Below are positions 34,752 through 43,619 of a stretch of DNA of 64,000 nucleotides, one piece after another; positions within the stretch are counted from its first letter, which is position 1, and every line of letters begins with the position of its first letter. The DNA is from Myxococcota bacterium. GTDB lineage: Bacteria > Myxococcota_A > UBA9160 > UBA4427. The translations under genes and the position numbers were made by a program. The stretch spans positions 92-64,091 of the forward strand of contig JBDNFB010000009.1 in assembly GCA_041690055.1 (NCBI GenBank). Reading direction: 5' to 3'. The notes under the pieces are model-generated. The model did not search any database. It was not told where the DNA came from and was given only the letters and a program-made list of their open reading frames with translations.

Positions 34752-36506
34752 TCACGCGGTCTCGGTTGGGGGCGAGGATTCGGCGGCACTGGGGCGCGAC
34801 GCTTCATCGCCGACGTGGCCCGCGACCCGCAGTACTTCTTGAAGCGTGGTGATCCGCTTTGCGGCGAGATCGAGCGCTGAATGGGAAAGCGGCTTGAAGC
34901 CTTCAGAACGATGGGCAGCGTGGATATAGGCAGTCGTATCGTTCTGTCGCAGGGCATCCGCCATTGCCTCGTTGATTTCGAGCAGCTCGTAGATACCGGT
35001 CCGTCCCTTATAACCCGTCCCATTGCACCTCGGACAGCCGCTACCGCGATGGAACTCGTGGTTCTCGGCTTTGGGTCCGACCTTGGCGCGCAGCCACATC
35101 TTCTCGGGATTGCTCAGCTCGTAGCTCTCCGAGCAGGAGTCACAGATCTTACGAACGAGGCGCTGGGCAAGGACTGCAGTGAGTGCGGACGCGACGAGGA
35201 ATCCCTCAGCGCCCATGTCGAGAAGTCGGGCAGCGCTGCCTGCGGCGCTATTGGTATGCAGCGTCGAGAAGACGAGGTGGCCCGTCATGGCAGAGCGCAG
35301 TGCGATCTCGGCGGTCTCCTGATCGCGCATCTCGCCGATCATCACGATGTCGGGATCCTGTCGAAGTGCTGAACGAAGCACGGAAGCGAAGCTGAGTCCG
35401 ATCTTTGTGTTGACCTGAACCTGTTGAATCCGGGGCATGCGGTATTCGACCGGATCCTCTGCGGAGATGATCTTCTTGGTGGCCTCGTTAAGCTCGGCGA
35501 GCGCGCCGTAGAGCGTTGTGGTCTTGCCGCTGCCCGTCGGCCCAGTGACGAGGATGAGTCCGTTGGGTTGCTGAATGAAATGGCGAAAGCGTTCAAGGAT
35601 TTTGGTGGGCATGCCAATATGCCCAAGGCCGAGCGCCTCTTCGCTCTGATCGAGCAAACGCATCACGACGGATTCGCCCCATTGTACGGGCATAGTTGAA
35701 AGGCGGACATCGACGCTTCGGTTCTTGACGCGGATATTGAAACGGCCGTCTTGAGGAAGTCGTCGTTCCGAGATATTTAGACCCGACATCAGTTTCAGGC
35801 GAAGGACGAGTGCCGAAGCGATTCTCGTTTCTTTCATGACCTGCTCGTTCAGGATGCCATCGATGCGCTGTCGAATGCGGAGGACGCTTTCGTCGGGTTC
35901 GATATGAATATCCGAGGTGCCTGTTTGGACGGCATCTTCGAAGATTGATTTCAGCAGGCGGACGACGGCGGCTTCGCTCTCTTCGAGCCCGGATTCGAGC
36001 TTGGAAAGGTCGTAGTCGCTGCCGGAGTCGAGTTCCTCATGCAGTTCTTCGGCGAGTTCGTGAATTTCGCTCGTGCGGCGATAGTTGCGATCGATGGCGG
36101 CAAGCAGCTCTGATTCGCGGACGACGGCGGGATCCATCGTCATCTTGATCAGACGTTCGATCTCGTCCATCGCGAAGATGTTTGTGGGGTCGGCCATGCC
36201 GACCATCGCGATGCCGTTCTTGACGTCCAGGACGATGGCGCGGAATCTTCGTGCGTACGATTCAGGAAGGAGATCGACGATGGATTGCTTTGTTTCGTAG
36301 CGCGCGAGATCGACGCAGGGGATATCGAGCTGCTGCGACAAGAAATCGAGAAAGCGATCCTCGTCGAGGTATCCCGCTTCGATCAATTGGCGACCGAGCT
36401 TCAGTCCGGTCTTCCTCTGTTCAGCCAGCGCGCTCTGAAGCTGGGCCTCGGAGATGACCTTGCTTTCGACGAGGAGTTCGCCGATTCGAATCTTTTTGCG
36501 CGCCAC
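34752..36506 (-). CDS. mshE: MSHA pilus extension ATPase (GspE family) with N-terminal MshEN c-di-GMP-binding domain
   Basis: Walker A is GPTGSGKTT, followed by Asp/His boxes. The tetracysteine motif is CDSC...CPRC. The N-terminus carries both 24-residue MshEN half-motifs: RIGELLVESKVISEAQLQSALAEQ and KLGRQLIEAGYLDEDRFLDFLSQQ. Confidence 0.9.
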   Translation of the reverse strand: MARKKIRIGELLVESKVISEAQLQSALAEQRKTGLKLGRQLIEAGYLDEDRFLDFLSQQLDIPCVDLARYETKQSIVDLLPESYARRFRAIVLDVKNGIAMVGMADPTNIFAMDEIERLIKMTMDPAVVRESELLAAIDRNYRRTSEIHELAEELHEELDSGSDYDLSKLESGLEESEAAVVRLLKSIFEDAVQTGTSDIHIEPDESVLRIRQRIDGILNEQVMKETRIASALVLRLKLMSGLNISERRLPQDGRFNIRVKNRSVDVRLSTMPVQWGESVVMRLLDQSEEALGLGHIGMPTKILERFRHFIQQPNGLILVTGPTGSGKTTTLYGALAELNEATKKIISAEDPVEYRMPRIQQVQVNTKIGLSFASVLRSALRQDPDIVMIGEMRDQETAEIALRSAMTGHLVFSTLHTNSAAGSAARLLDMGAEGFLVASALTAVLAQRLVRKICDSCSESYELSNPEKMWLRAKVGPKAENHEFHRGSGCPRCNGTGYKGRTGIYELLEINEAMADALRQNDTTAYIHAAHRSEGFKPLSHSALDLAAKRITTLQEVLRVAGHVGDEASRPSAAESSPPTETA

Positions 36507-36509
36507 CGG

Positions 36510-37964
36510 CTAGCTCTCCTGGTTCAGCGCGTCGATTCGCGCCGAAATCCAACCACGCGATCGTCCCGGGAGTTCGCCTAACTGCATAGCGATCCGGTAA
36601 ACATCAAGTGCTTCCACCGTTCGACCACGCGCCTCGAGTGAAATGCCCAGCCCCAGCCAGACTTTCGGTCGATTCGGGTAGCGGCGAAGAATCGCCTCGT
36701 AGCGCTCGATGGCGGAATCGTGTTGTCCGTTTTTCTGTAGGTAGGCGGCAGTCAGGGCCTGTACCTCGGGCGCCGCTTCAAGCGAGAGGCCGGAGTCATC
36801 AAGGAGCGTGATGGCGCTCTGGAGATCGTTTTCCGCGAGGAGCTTTGCGTGCACCATGAGGTACACGGGATTCTTTGGCTGAGCGTTCCGCGCCTCGCCG
36901 ATCAGCAAGAGCGCCTCATCGACTCGGCCCAGCTGGTTGAGTACGGTCACGCCTTCGACGATGGCGTCGTGATGGTCGGGTGAGGTCTCGCGCGCCGTCG
37001 AGTAGAGCCGTGCGGCGACCTCGAGATCGCCACTCTCCTTCGCTTCGCGAGCCGACTCGACGGTCCGGTCGGCGGATTGCCGGGCCTTTTCGCGGTGGCT
37101 GCGTTTGCGGTCGCTCGCGGACCGCGAAATCTGCATCTCGTGCTGCGGCTGATCGGTTTTCTGGCTTGGCTTGGCCTTCGCATTCATGCGCTTGGAACTA
37201 GCGTCGGAATAGGAAGCGGTCGCAACGGTCGCACTTTTTGGGGGCTTAGTTACAGCTCGGCGAATTGTCTCAACGCGCGGTCGTGCTGCCGGTTGGAAAT
37301 CGACGATCAATGTCGTGCCACCTGCCTGATCGAGGCGCTGACTCTGCACTCGAGAATCCGAATCGAGTGTGAACTGGAGGCGGATGCCATCGTCTTCATG
37401 CTGTGTCTGAATTGAGCGAATTGCTGTCCCGAATAGATCCAGGATGGGAAGGGGTTCGCGCAGCGTGGCATGCTCAAGCAGGATGTTGAAAACACCTTCG
37501 CTTTGTCCCGGTTCGATGCGGAATTCGGCATCTCTATCCGTTGCGATCTCGACGCGTGTTGCGCCATCGGTCTGTTCAACGCGGACGGCGCGCAAGGCAA
37601 CGGGACGATCAATCCGCAGATTGGCTTCGAAGGAGGAGGGGCGAGGTGCGCTCACCTTCGGCAGGGCACTGACCTTCGTCTGTCCGGCGGCGTTCATCGC
37701 CATCGGCCCTTCGTTGAGTGAGAGGCTGTCGGTCGAAGCGAATTCTTCGGCAGCGGATTTCGGCGGATCGAGCCGGGCCACACCAAAGCCGAGGCAACCG
37801 GCCGCGATGAGCGCAATGGCCTTCGGTACGCGGCCAATACTTGTCTTCGTCTCGAACGCCAGCGGCTTTCTCGGGGAAAGGCCTTCGAGAGGATCCGCAT
37901 CGCTTCGCGACATCCCCTCTCGGTTTCGATCGAGTTCGATCAAGAGATCGTTGACCAGGCTCAT
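36510..37964 (-). CDS. mshN: TPR-repeat pilus biogenesis protein (MshN-like)
   Basis: N-terminal LVNDLLIELD, one TM helix, C-terminal TPR repeats. Position is syntenic between mshM and mshE. Confidence 0.65.
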   Translation of the reverse strand: MSLVNDLLIELDRNREGMSRSDADPLEGLSPRKPLAFETKTSIGRVPKAIALIAAGCLGFGVARLDPPKSAAEEFASTDSLSLNEGPMAMNAAGQTKVSALPKVSAPRPSSFEANLRIDRPVALRAVRVEQTDGATRVEIATDRDAEFRIEPGQSEGVFNILLEHATLREPLPILDLFGTAIRSIQTQHEDDGIRLQFTLDSDSRVQSQRLDQAGGTTLIVDFQPAARPRVETIRRAVTKPPKSATVATASYSDASSKRMNAKAKPSQKTDQPQHEMQISRSASDRKRSHREKARQSADRTVESAREAKESGDLEVAARLYSTARETSPDHHDAIVEGVTVLNQLGRVDEALLLIGEARNAQPKNPVYLMVHAKLLAENDLQSAITLLDDSGLSLEAAPEVQALTAAYLQKNGQHDSAIERYEAILRRYPNRPKVWLGLGISLEARGRTVEALDVYRIAMQLGELPGRSRGWISARIDALNQES

Positions 37965-37982
37965 TTTGAGTCGCTCCTCGCC

Positions 37983-38879
37983 CTAAAAGGGGCGCCAGGA
38001 AAAAGGGGTGCTTGGAGAAGAGAGGCGCTGCACAGACTTGCCTCGGAATAAAGGCCGTGTGCGCCAGCGCTGAATGCCTTCGGTATCTTCGAATGCGCGC
38101 GCGACATGGCGGCATCCGACTTGATGTTCACCGTCGGCCCTCGCTGCGATCAGGCTCTTATGGCAGAGGATGTTCACGAGCCGGGGAATGCCACCGCTCC
38201 CGCGATGAATGCGCTCGATTGAGGCCGGCGTGAAAATCGTTTTCTGTGTTGTACCGGCATAGAGCATGCGACGCCGGATATAGGTTCGGCAGGCCTCTCG
38301 ATCGAGAGGTCGGAGCTGAGTACTGAACGAGATGCGTTGCTGAAGCTGGCGCAGCGTATAGTCGGCGAGCTTATCGTCCAGTTCGGGCTGCCCGAAGAGC
38401 ACCACTTGTACGAGTTTTCCGTCGGAACTCTCCAGATTCGAAAGCAATCGGAGTTCTTCGAGGGTTTCGGCGGGCATGGCCTGCGCTTCGTCGACGAAGA
38501 TGATTGCGCGCCCGCCACTGCTGGCGATCATTAAGAGAATCTTACGAATGCTCTTCTGTAGGCGGTGGAGGCTGGCCTCGGGCGGAACCGTATCGTCGAG
38601 TTCGTCTGCGATTGAGAGAAGAAGATCGTGGGGCGTCATCGAAGGGTTCGGGAGATAGACCGTGAAGTCTTCGGGCGCGGGATTTGCGAGCAGACTTCGA
38701 CAGAGGGCTGTTTTGCCCGTGCCGACCTCGCCAACCACCTTTATAAAACCTTCGCCTGTGCGGAGGCCGAACAGGACCGTGTTGAATGCTTCCCTATGCC
38801 CCGGGAGGTCGACGTATACCTGCCCGTTAGACAGCGGTTCAAAAGGCAATCGCTTGAGACCGAAATGCTCCAGATACAT
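37983..38879 (-). CDS. mshM: ExeA-like AAA+ ATPase (MshM)
   Basis: MYLEHFGLKRLPFE N-terminus, Walker A GEVGTGKT, Walker B IIFVDEAQ. The start is taken at ATG 38879, preceded by GGAAGGG. Confidence 0.8.
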   Translation of the reverse strand: MYLEHFGLKRLPFEPLSNGQVYVDLPGHREAFNTVLFGLRTGEGFIKVVGEVGTGKTALCRSLLANPAPEDFTVYLPNPSMTPHDLLLSIADELDDTVPPEASLHRLQKSIRKILLMIASSGGRAIIFVDEAQAMPAETLEELRLLSNLESSDGKLVQVVLFGQPELDDKLADYTLRQLQQRISFSTQLRPLDREACRTYIRRRMLYAGTTQKTIFTPASIERIHRGSGGIPRLVNILCHKSLIAARADGEHQVGCRHVARAFEDTEGIQRWRTRPLFRGKSVQRLSSPSTPFSWRPF

Positions 38880-38896
38880 AGGACTAGCCCTTCCGG

Positions 38897-40669
38897 CTAC
38901 TGACTGACCGGCGGCATGGGCGGAAGCCATCCGTCGAGTGAGAGTTCTTCATCGCGCATGGCATCGTGCGATCGCCATGCATCGTCGATGCGTGTGGAGG
39001 TGGATCGAAGTTCCCGGTCCCAAGTGTCGTTATTGACGACGACCGGGCGAAGCAGGATGACGAGTTCATTGCGCTTGTTGCCGAGCTGGGAATGCTCGAA
39101 GAGTCGTCCGAGGAAAGGGATTCGGCTTACCCAGGGCACACCGAAGGTCGTGTCGCGGGAATCGTTCTGGATCAGGCCGCCTATTACGACGACTTGTCCG
39201 CTGCGTGCACGAACGATGCTGTCTGACTCGCGGATGCTTGAGAACGCGAGGGGGAGTTCCTGGAGCTCGCCCGAGACTGTGAAGCTTTTTGTCTGATCGA
39301 CGACTTCGGTCACCGCGGGATGGACGTGGAGTATGACTTCGTCGTTGTCGCTGATCTGAGGCGTCACGTCGAGGGCGATCCCTGAGAAGAACGGAGTCAG
39401 CGTGACGTTCGGGTTGGACGTGGTCGCAGTGCCCGTCACGGTTGTCGTTGATACTTCCGTGACGAAGAACTCGTCGCTGCCCACCTTGATGACGGCCTTT
39501 TGGTTGTTGACGGTCGAGATGCGTGGGTTGGAAAGCGTGCGAACGCTGCCCTGGGTTTCAAGTAGCTCGATGAAGGCGCTGAATTTGTCGGCCTGGATCG
39601 CGAGGGAGAAGACGCCACCGAAGAGGCTGCCTGCGGAGCTCGCCAGAATGTCGGAGAGCGGCGGCCCGGCGTTTTGCTCACTGCCCCGGCTATCGGAGAA
39701 GCCAGTATCGAAGACCGATCCACCGCCCGACTGGCTGACGAGACCGGTGTCTCCGTTATGCGTCGCGATCTGCGCCCAGTTGATGCCCGATTGAAATCCG
39801 TCATTAAGCCCGACTTCAAGAATTTTCGCTTCGAGGATGACGACGCGATTGAGGCGAGACTCCGCCGTGCGGAGATACTCAGCGACTTTGGAGAGCTCTT
39901 CCGGGAGGCCGCGAACAACGAGAAGGCCCGCGTTCGGACTTGCAACGACGGAGCGACCGGTGCCGCCACCCACGATCGATTCGACGCTCGTGAGGATCTC
40001 TTTCCAGAGATGGTTTTCGCTCTTCGTCTGAATTCGGCTACCCGCCAGCGCGCCGCCCTGCTGCTGACCTTGCTGACCCGGCCCGCCTTGCACGGCAGGG
40101 TTGCCGCCACTTGCGATCTGATTGCGTCCGCCGACCTGATCCGAAATCTGACCTGAACTGATGCGTGTTTCCGAGCTTCCGGAACGTTCGAGGTTCAGGT
40201 AGTCGAGGTGGAAGACTTTGGTGCGAAGTCCTGTCGGGAGGACGAGGAAGCCTGTGCGCGTCTGCTCGTAGCCGAAACCGTAGGCTTGCTGAACCGTGTC
40301 GAGGACTTCTTCCACCGTGACATCGCGCAGAGAAAGTGAGACCTCGCCGGCGACGCCGGGTGCGAGCGTGAGGCTATAAGGCGTGTCTTCGACGAGGCTC
40401 ATGAAGAATTGACGTGCGGGTGCTCGGTCGACGGTCACGTCGAAGCGGGGTTCGCGACTGGAAGCGTTCTCCTGGGACGGCCCTTCCATGGACGGGATCA
40501 AGGCGTCGGCGACATCCTGCGGCGGAGCGGGAATCGATGAGAAAGCGGTGTCTTCACCGGGCGATGAATCGGGGCCGGTGGCCGGGCCCATCTGCGCACA
40601 GCTCAGCTGTGTGAAGACGCCGAACGCGAGGAGCGCCACGCGGGATCGGACTAGAGTATTCGCAGTCAT
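38897..40669 (-). CDS. mshL: secretin (GspD/PilQ family; MshL)
   Basis: The C-terminal secretin core is ...VVIGGLIQN...VPWVSRIPFLGRLF...ELVILLRPVVV. N-terminal signal/lipoprotein-like ...FTQLSCAQ. Confidence 0.85.
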   Translation of the reverse strand: MTANTLVRSRVALLAFGVFTQLSCAQMGPATGPDSSPGEDTAFSSIPAPPQDVADALIPSMEGPSQENASSREPRFDVTVDRAPARQFFMSLVEDTPYSLTLAPGVAGEVSLSLRDVTVEEVLDTVQQAYGFGYEQTRTGFLVLPTGLRTKVFHLDYLNLERSGSSETRISSGQISDQVGGRNQIASGGNPAVQGGPGQQGQQQGGALAGSRIQTKSENHLWKEILTSVESIVGGGTGRSVVASPNAGLLVVRGLPEELSKVAEYLRTAESRLNRVVILEAKILEVGLNDGFQSGINWAQIATHNGDTGLVSQSGGGSVFDTGFSDSRGSEQNAGPPLSDILASSAGSLFGGVFSLAIQADKFSAFIELLETQGSVRTLSNPRISTVNNQKAVIKVGSDEFFVTEVSTTTVTGTATTSNPNVTLTPFFSGIALDVTPQISDNDEVILHVHPAVTEVVDQTKSFTVSGELQELPLAFSSIRESDSIVRARSGQVVVIGGLIQNDSRDTTFGVPWVSRIPFLGRLFEHSQLGNKRNELVILLRPVVVNNDTWDRELRSTSTRIDDAWRSHDAMRDEELSLDGWLPPMPPVSQ

Positions 40670-41070
40670 TTCGAATTTCCTTCCGTCGCATAGTCGCGAG
40701 CGGAGTTTCGTGTCTTGGACGACTCGGTCTTCTTGATTCGCTCGTGGGACAGGCTGAGTTCGATGGATTTGCCCTCGCGGACCATCCGAACGCGACTTTT
40801 GGTGATCTCGATGATCGTCGCCGCTTCGATCTTTTCATTTTCGTGGACGCGCTTGCCGTTGATGATGGCGACGCGCCTGCCGGCCGCGTGCAGGATGGCC
40901 TGCAGCTCGAGCGGTCGGGGCGCTGAATCTTTCGCCTGGGCTTTGGCTGCCGGCTGGATTGAGGCCGGCGGCCGCGTTGGATCCGAGAAACGCTCCGCCG
41001 CATAGGCGGAGGCAGCGCACATGAGCGCGAGGGTGATGATCGAAACCTTGATTCGCTTTCCGCTAGACAC
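40666..41070 (-). CDS. mshK: MshK-like small periplasmic pilus biogenesis protein
   Basis: Signal peptide IITLALMCAASAYA, then LELQAILHAAGRRVAIINGKRV. GTG 41070 is preceded by GAGGAG at 7 nt. The track start at 41109 is a TTG. TGA overlaps the mshL ATG. Confidence 0.6.
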   Translation of the reverse strand: MSSGKRIKVSIITLALMCAASAYAAERFSDPTRPPASIQPAAKAQAKDSAPRPLELQAILHAAGRRVAIINGKRVHENEKIEAATIIEITKSRVRMVREGKSIELSLSHERIKKTESSKTRNSARDYATEGNSK

Positions 41071-41791
41071 CGATCCACTCCTCACTCTGGCTAATGGTGT
41101 GGAAGTCAATTGTGATGATCGCGGTTGGGTAGGTCTCGACTCGGTAGTCGAGCGAGTCCCACATTAAGTGCCATTCGGAATGCTCTACGCGCTCCAAGTA
41201 GTCGAGGGTGGACGAGAAGTCGCCCTCGATTTCGATACGGACACCGTGGCGGTACAATGTTTCGACACCGGCGATCGGCTGAGGATCTTCCCAATTTGTT
41301 GCGCTCGATCCGTTCGTTTCGTCGTCGGAACCCTCCGCACCGATCTGGTGGGGCGGCTCGCTCTCCAGACGAATCAATCGAAGGCCAGGCGTTTCTTCCA
41401 AGAGTTCTTCAAGGACCGCGACAATTGCTTGTGGCGGGACAAGGCCTTCGATTTCCGCAGACATTCGCTTTTCGATCTCACTGATCTGAGTCCGGACGAG
41501 TTCGGTTTCTTGAAGGATGCGTCGCTCTTCTGCGGATAGTTCCCCACTCGAGAGCGCAGTGAGTTCGCGTTCTTTCATCGACTGGGTTTCGCGCGTTCGG
41601 TCTGATCCGATTTCCACGCGGTTTCGATCGTCTGTGATCGGCTGGATCGCAATCAAGTCGATGGCGAAGAAGACAAGTCCAATCGCCATCGCGGCGAGCA
41701 TGAGCTTCTCACGGAAAGGGCGAGCAGCGAAAGCCGCGTCGGCGGAATCAAATTTTTCGCGGACCGAGTCTTGAAGAGAAATCATGGTCAT
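41063..41791 (-). CDS. mshJ: PilO-like inner-membrane pilus assembly protein (MshJ)
   Basis: ATG 41791 overlaps the mshI stop (ATGA). One TM helix (LMLAAMAIGLVFFAIDLIAI), then a coiled coil and a PilO-like C-terminus. Confidence 0.6.
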   Translation of the reverse strand: MTMISLQDSVREKFDSADAAFAARPFREKLMLAAMAIGLVFFAIDLIAIQPITDDRNRVEIGSDRTRETQSMKERELTALSSGELSAEERRILQETELVRTQISEIEKRMSAEIEGLVPPQAIVAVLEELLEETPGLRLIRLESEPPHQIGAEGSDDETNGSSATNWEDPQPIAGVETLYRHGVRIEIEGDFSSTLDYLERVEHSEWHLMWDSLDYRVETYPTAIITIDFHTISQSEEWIGV

Positions 41792-43452
41792 GCTCCTCCG
41801 TCTTTTTTCGGGGTCGACGTGGTGCTGATCTTGAAGGCGATGCCTTGCTGATTGTCGTCTGTCTCCATCATTTGGAAGGTGCGGAAACGGCGATCGGCAT
41901 AGCCCGTTTCGTTGCCGAGCAGCCTGAGGAAGGAGGGCAAGTCTTCGGGCGCGAGTGATCTTCCTTCGAGGGCAATGGATTGCCCGGAATTCGTAAGCGA
42001 GATGCGCTCCAGCCAAACGGCTTCTGTGTCTTGGCGCGCCAGCCCGCGGAGGAGCTCGGAGAACGGTGCGGATGGTTCGCTACTGCTCGTCCCGATATCT
42101 CGAAGCATGGCGAGACGCGCGTCTCGCTCCGCGCGCAGCGCGGTCAGGCGCTCGGCTGGCGTGGCCTGCGTTGCGCGAATTGCGGCCGCTGCAAGAAGAC
42201 TCTCGACCTGGGACTCAACCTGGGCATTTGCAGCTTCAAGACGCGTCAGCACGGCCTTCTCAAGCCCGAGCCAGTACCAAGAGAGGCTGGCGTAGGCGAG
42301 GAATACAGCGCCGAGGATTCCTGCCAGACGGAGAACGAGACCAAGGTCGAGCCCGCCGGAGTTCTTTTTGAGTGCTGCGGGTACGAGCACTCCGCCGACG
42401 AGGTCGGGAAGTGCGATGGCCGAGCCCGCCGCGAGGGTGAGGCTCGGATGCATATGAGAGGGCGGGGGCTCCGCGAAATCGAAGAAGCGTTCCAAGTCAA
42501 ACGGATCGACCTGCATAGGACGGAGCGCTTCGGCGAGCGCGGGAACGAGGGGTGTCAGGTCGGCTCGGCTCGGCATCATCACGAGCCGCGATGCGGGCGC
42601 GCGTCCATACTCGCTCTCGTAGTAGTCGAGAGAGCGCTGGACATCGAGCAAGAGGGGGTCGAGCTCCTGCAGGATTTTGAAGCCTGCGGGGTCTTCGGAC
42701 TCGCTCGCGTTGTGTGCGACATCCTCGATGGAATCGATGTCGAGATTCATGTTACGGGCGAGGAAGAGGCTGCCGCCCTGAGAAAGGGTTACGACGCTCG
42801 ACTTCTCTTCGATGCGGAGCATGGCGCTGCCGGCGACGACTGGGGGCATCCTGGTTTCGAGGGCCACCATCGTGGTTTCAGGAATCTCGAAACCAGCGAT
42901 TTCGAGTCCGGCTCCTGTGATCGCGATCGCGAGGGCTTTGAGCGGTTCGTGCCGGCCCGCGACGACAAACATGCGCGGTACGCGACCGCGATTGGCATCC
43001 TCCGGAATAGTCAGCGTCGCAAGTTCAGCGGTTTCGACGTCGAATTCAATCAAGTCGCGTATAAGCCACCGCGTCGCGTCCGCCAGTTCTTCGTCCGGGA
43101 CGTTCGCGGGGCGTTCGACGAGCCGGAGGCTGTACTGATCCTCGGCGAGAGTACAGCGGCACTCGCGCCCTTCGAGCTGATGGGTCGAGACGAAGATCTG
43201 GAGGGCTTCACCGAAATGCTCCATCGTCGAAAATTCGATCGATTCCCAAGCGGTGATATGCGGGCGTCCCTCGACTTCGCCTTCGCAGGCGACGACGGTG
43301 GCACGATCTGCGCTGAGCGCGATGCCGATAATCGAAGCTTCGGCATTGCCCGATCGGGATTTACGCTTCCAGAACTGCAAGCCTGAGATTCCCCTTAACA
43401 AGATGCGAGCGGGTGTGCGCGCAATCGGCAAACATCGCAAATCCCATTGCAA
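41788..43452 (-). CDS. mshI: fused PilM-like/PilN-like pilus assembly protein (MshI)
   Basis: Actin-like N-terminal half, central TM (LVLRLAGILGAVFLAYASL), coiled-coil/PilN-like C-terminus. A likelier start is TTG 43380 (LQFWKRKSR...), preceded by AGGGGA. Confidence 0.65.
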   Translation of the reverse strand: MQWDLRCLPIARTPARILLRGISGLQFWKRKSRSGNAEASIIGIALSADRATVVACEGEVEGRPHITAWESIEFSTMEHFGEALQIFVSTHQLEGRECRCTLAEDQYSLRLVERPANVPDEELADATRWLIRDLIEFDVETAELATLTIPEDANRGRVPRMFVVAGRHEPLKALAIAITGAGLEIAGFEIPETTMVALETRMPPVVAGSAMLRIEEKSSVVTLSQGGSLFLARNMNLDIDSIEDVAHNASESEDPAGFKILQELDPLLLDVQRSLDYYESEYGRAPASRLVMMPSRADLTPLVPALAEALRPMQVDPFDLERFFDFAEPPPSHMHPSLTLAAGSAIALPDLVGGVLVPAALKKNSGGLDLGLVLRLAGILGAVFLAYASLSWYWLGLEKAVLTRLEAANAQVESQVESLLAAAAIRATQATPAERLTALRAERDARLAMLRDIGTSSSEPSAPFSELLRGLARQDTEAVWLERISLTNSGQSIALEGRSLAPEDLPSFLRLLGNETGYADRRFRTFQMMETDDNQQGIAFKISTTSTPKKDGGA

Positions 43453-43457
43453 TGGGA
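43442..43457. promoter_or_regulatory. perfect 16-bp palindrome TCCCATTGCAATGGGA upstream of mshI
   Basis: Read directly from the sequence. It lies 62-77 nt upstream of the probable mshI start at 43380 and is a candidate operator for a dimeric regulator. Confidence 0.35.
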
Positions 43458-43619
43458 ATGCACCTTTGGATTGTTAACGGAAGCTGCCGGCGAAAGTTGA
43501 GGAGTTGTGTGCGGGCTTCAGGCGTATTACCGGTGGAGCGGTGAAGATTCGCCGCAAGCCGGACCGATCGCCGGAGTCAGACGCAGACATTGACCTGAAT
43601 TTGAATTGGGGTGAAATGC

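Noticed and set aside
43296-43311. TGGCACGATCTGCGC sigma-54-like motif on the plus strand. Similar TGGCAC strings occur at 17994 and 59190.
   Set aside because: The first lies inside and antisense to mshI, with no downstream plus-strand gene. The others lack a correctly spaced -12 GC element.
41980-43386. 468-aa plus-strand ORF. Similar long ORFs run antisense to real genes: 14475-15668, 55243-56097, 56270-57235, 60422-61426, 62191-63489, 22262-23311 (minus), 24640-25500 (minus), 10704-11402 (minus) and 26316-27068 (minus).
   Set aside because: Each lies opposite a gene with clear family motifs (mshI, lipoprotein, nqrC, nqrB, ACADs, kinases, dsbA, apaG/rsmE). Their translations are Arg/Gly/Asp/His-rich low-complexity sequence with no motifs. 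They are typical shadow ORFs of GC-rich DNA, where stop codons are rare.
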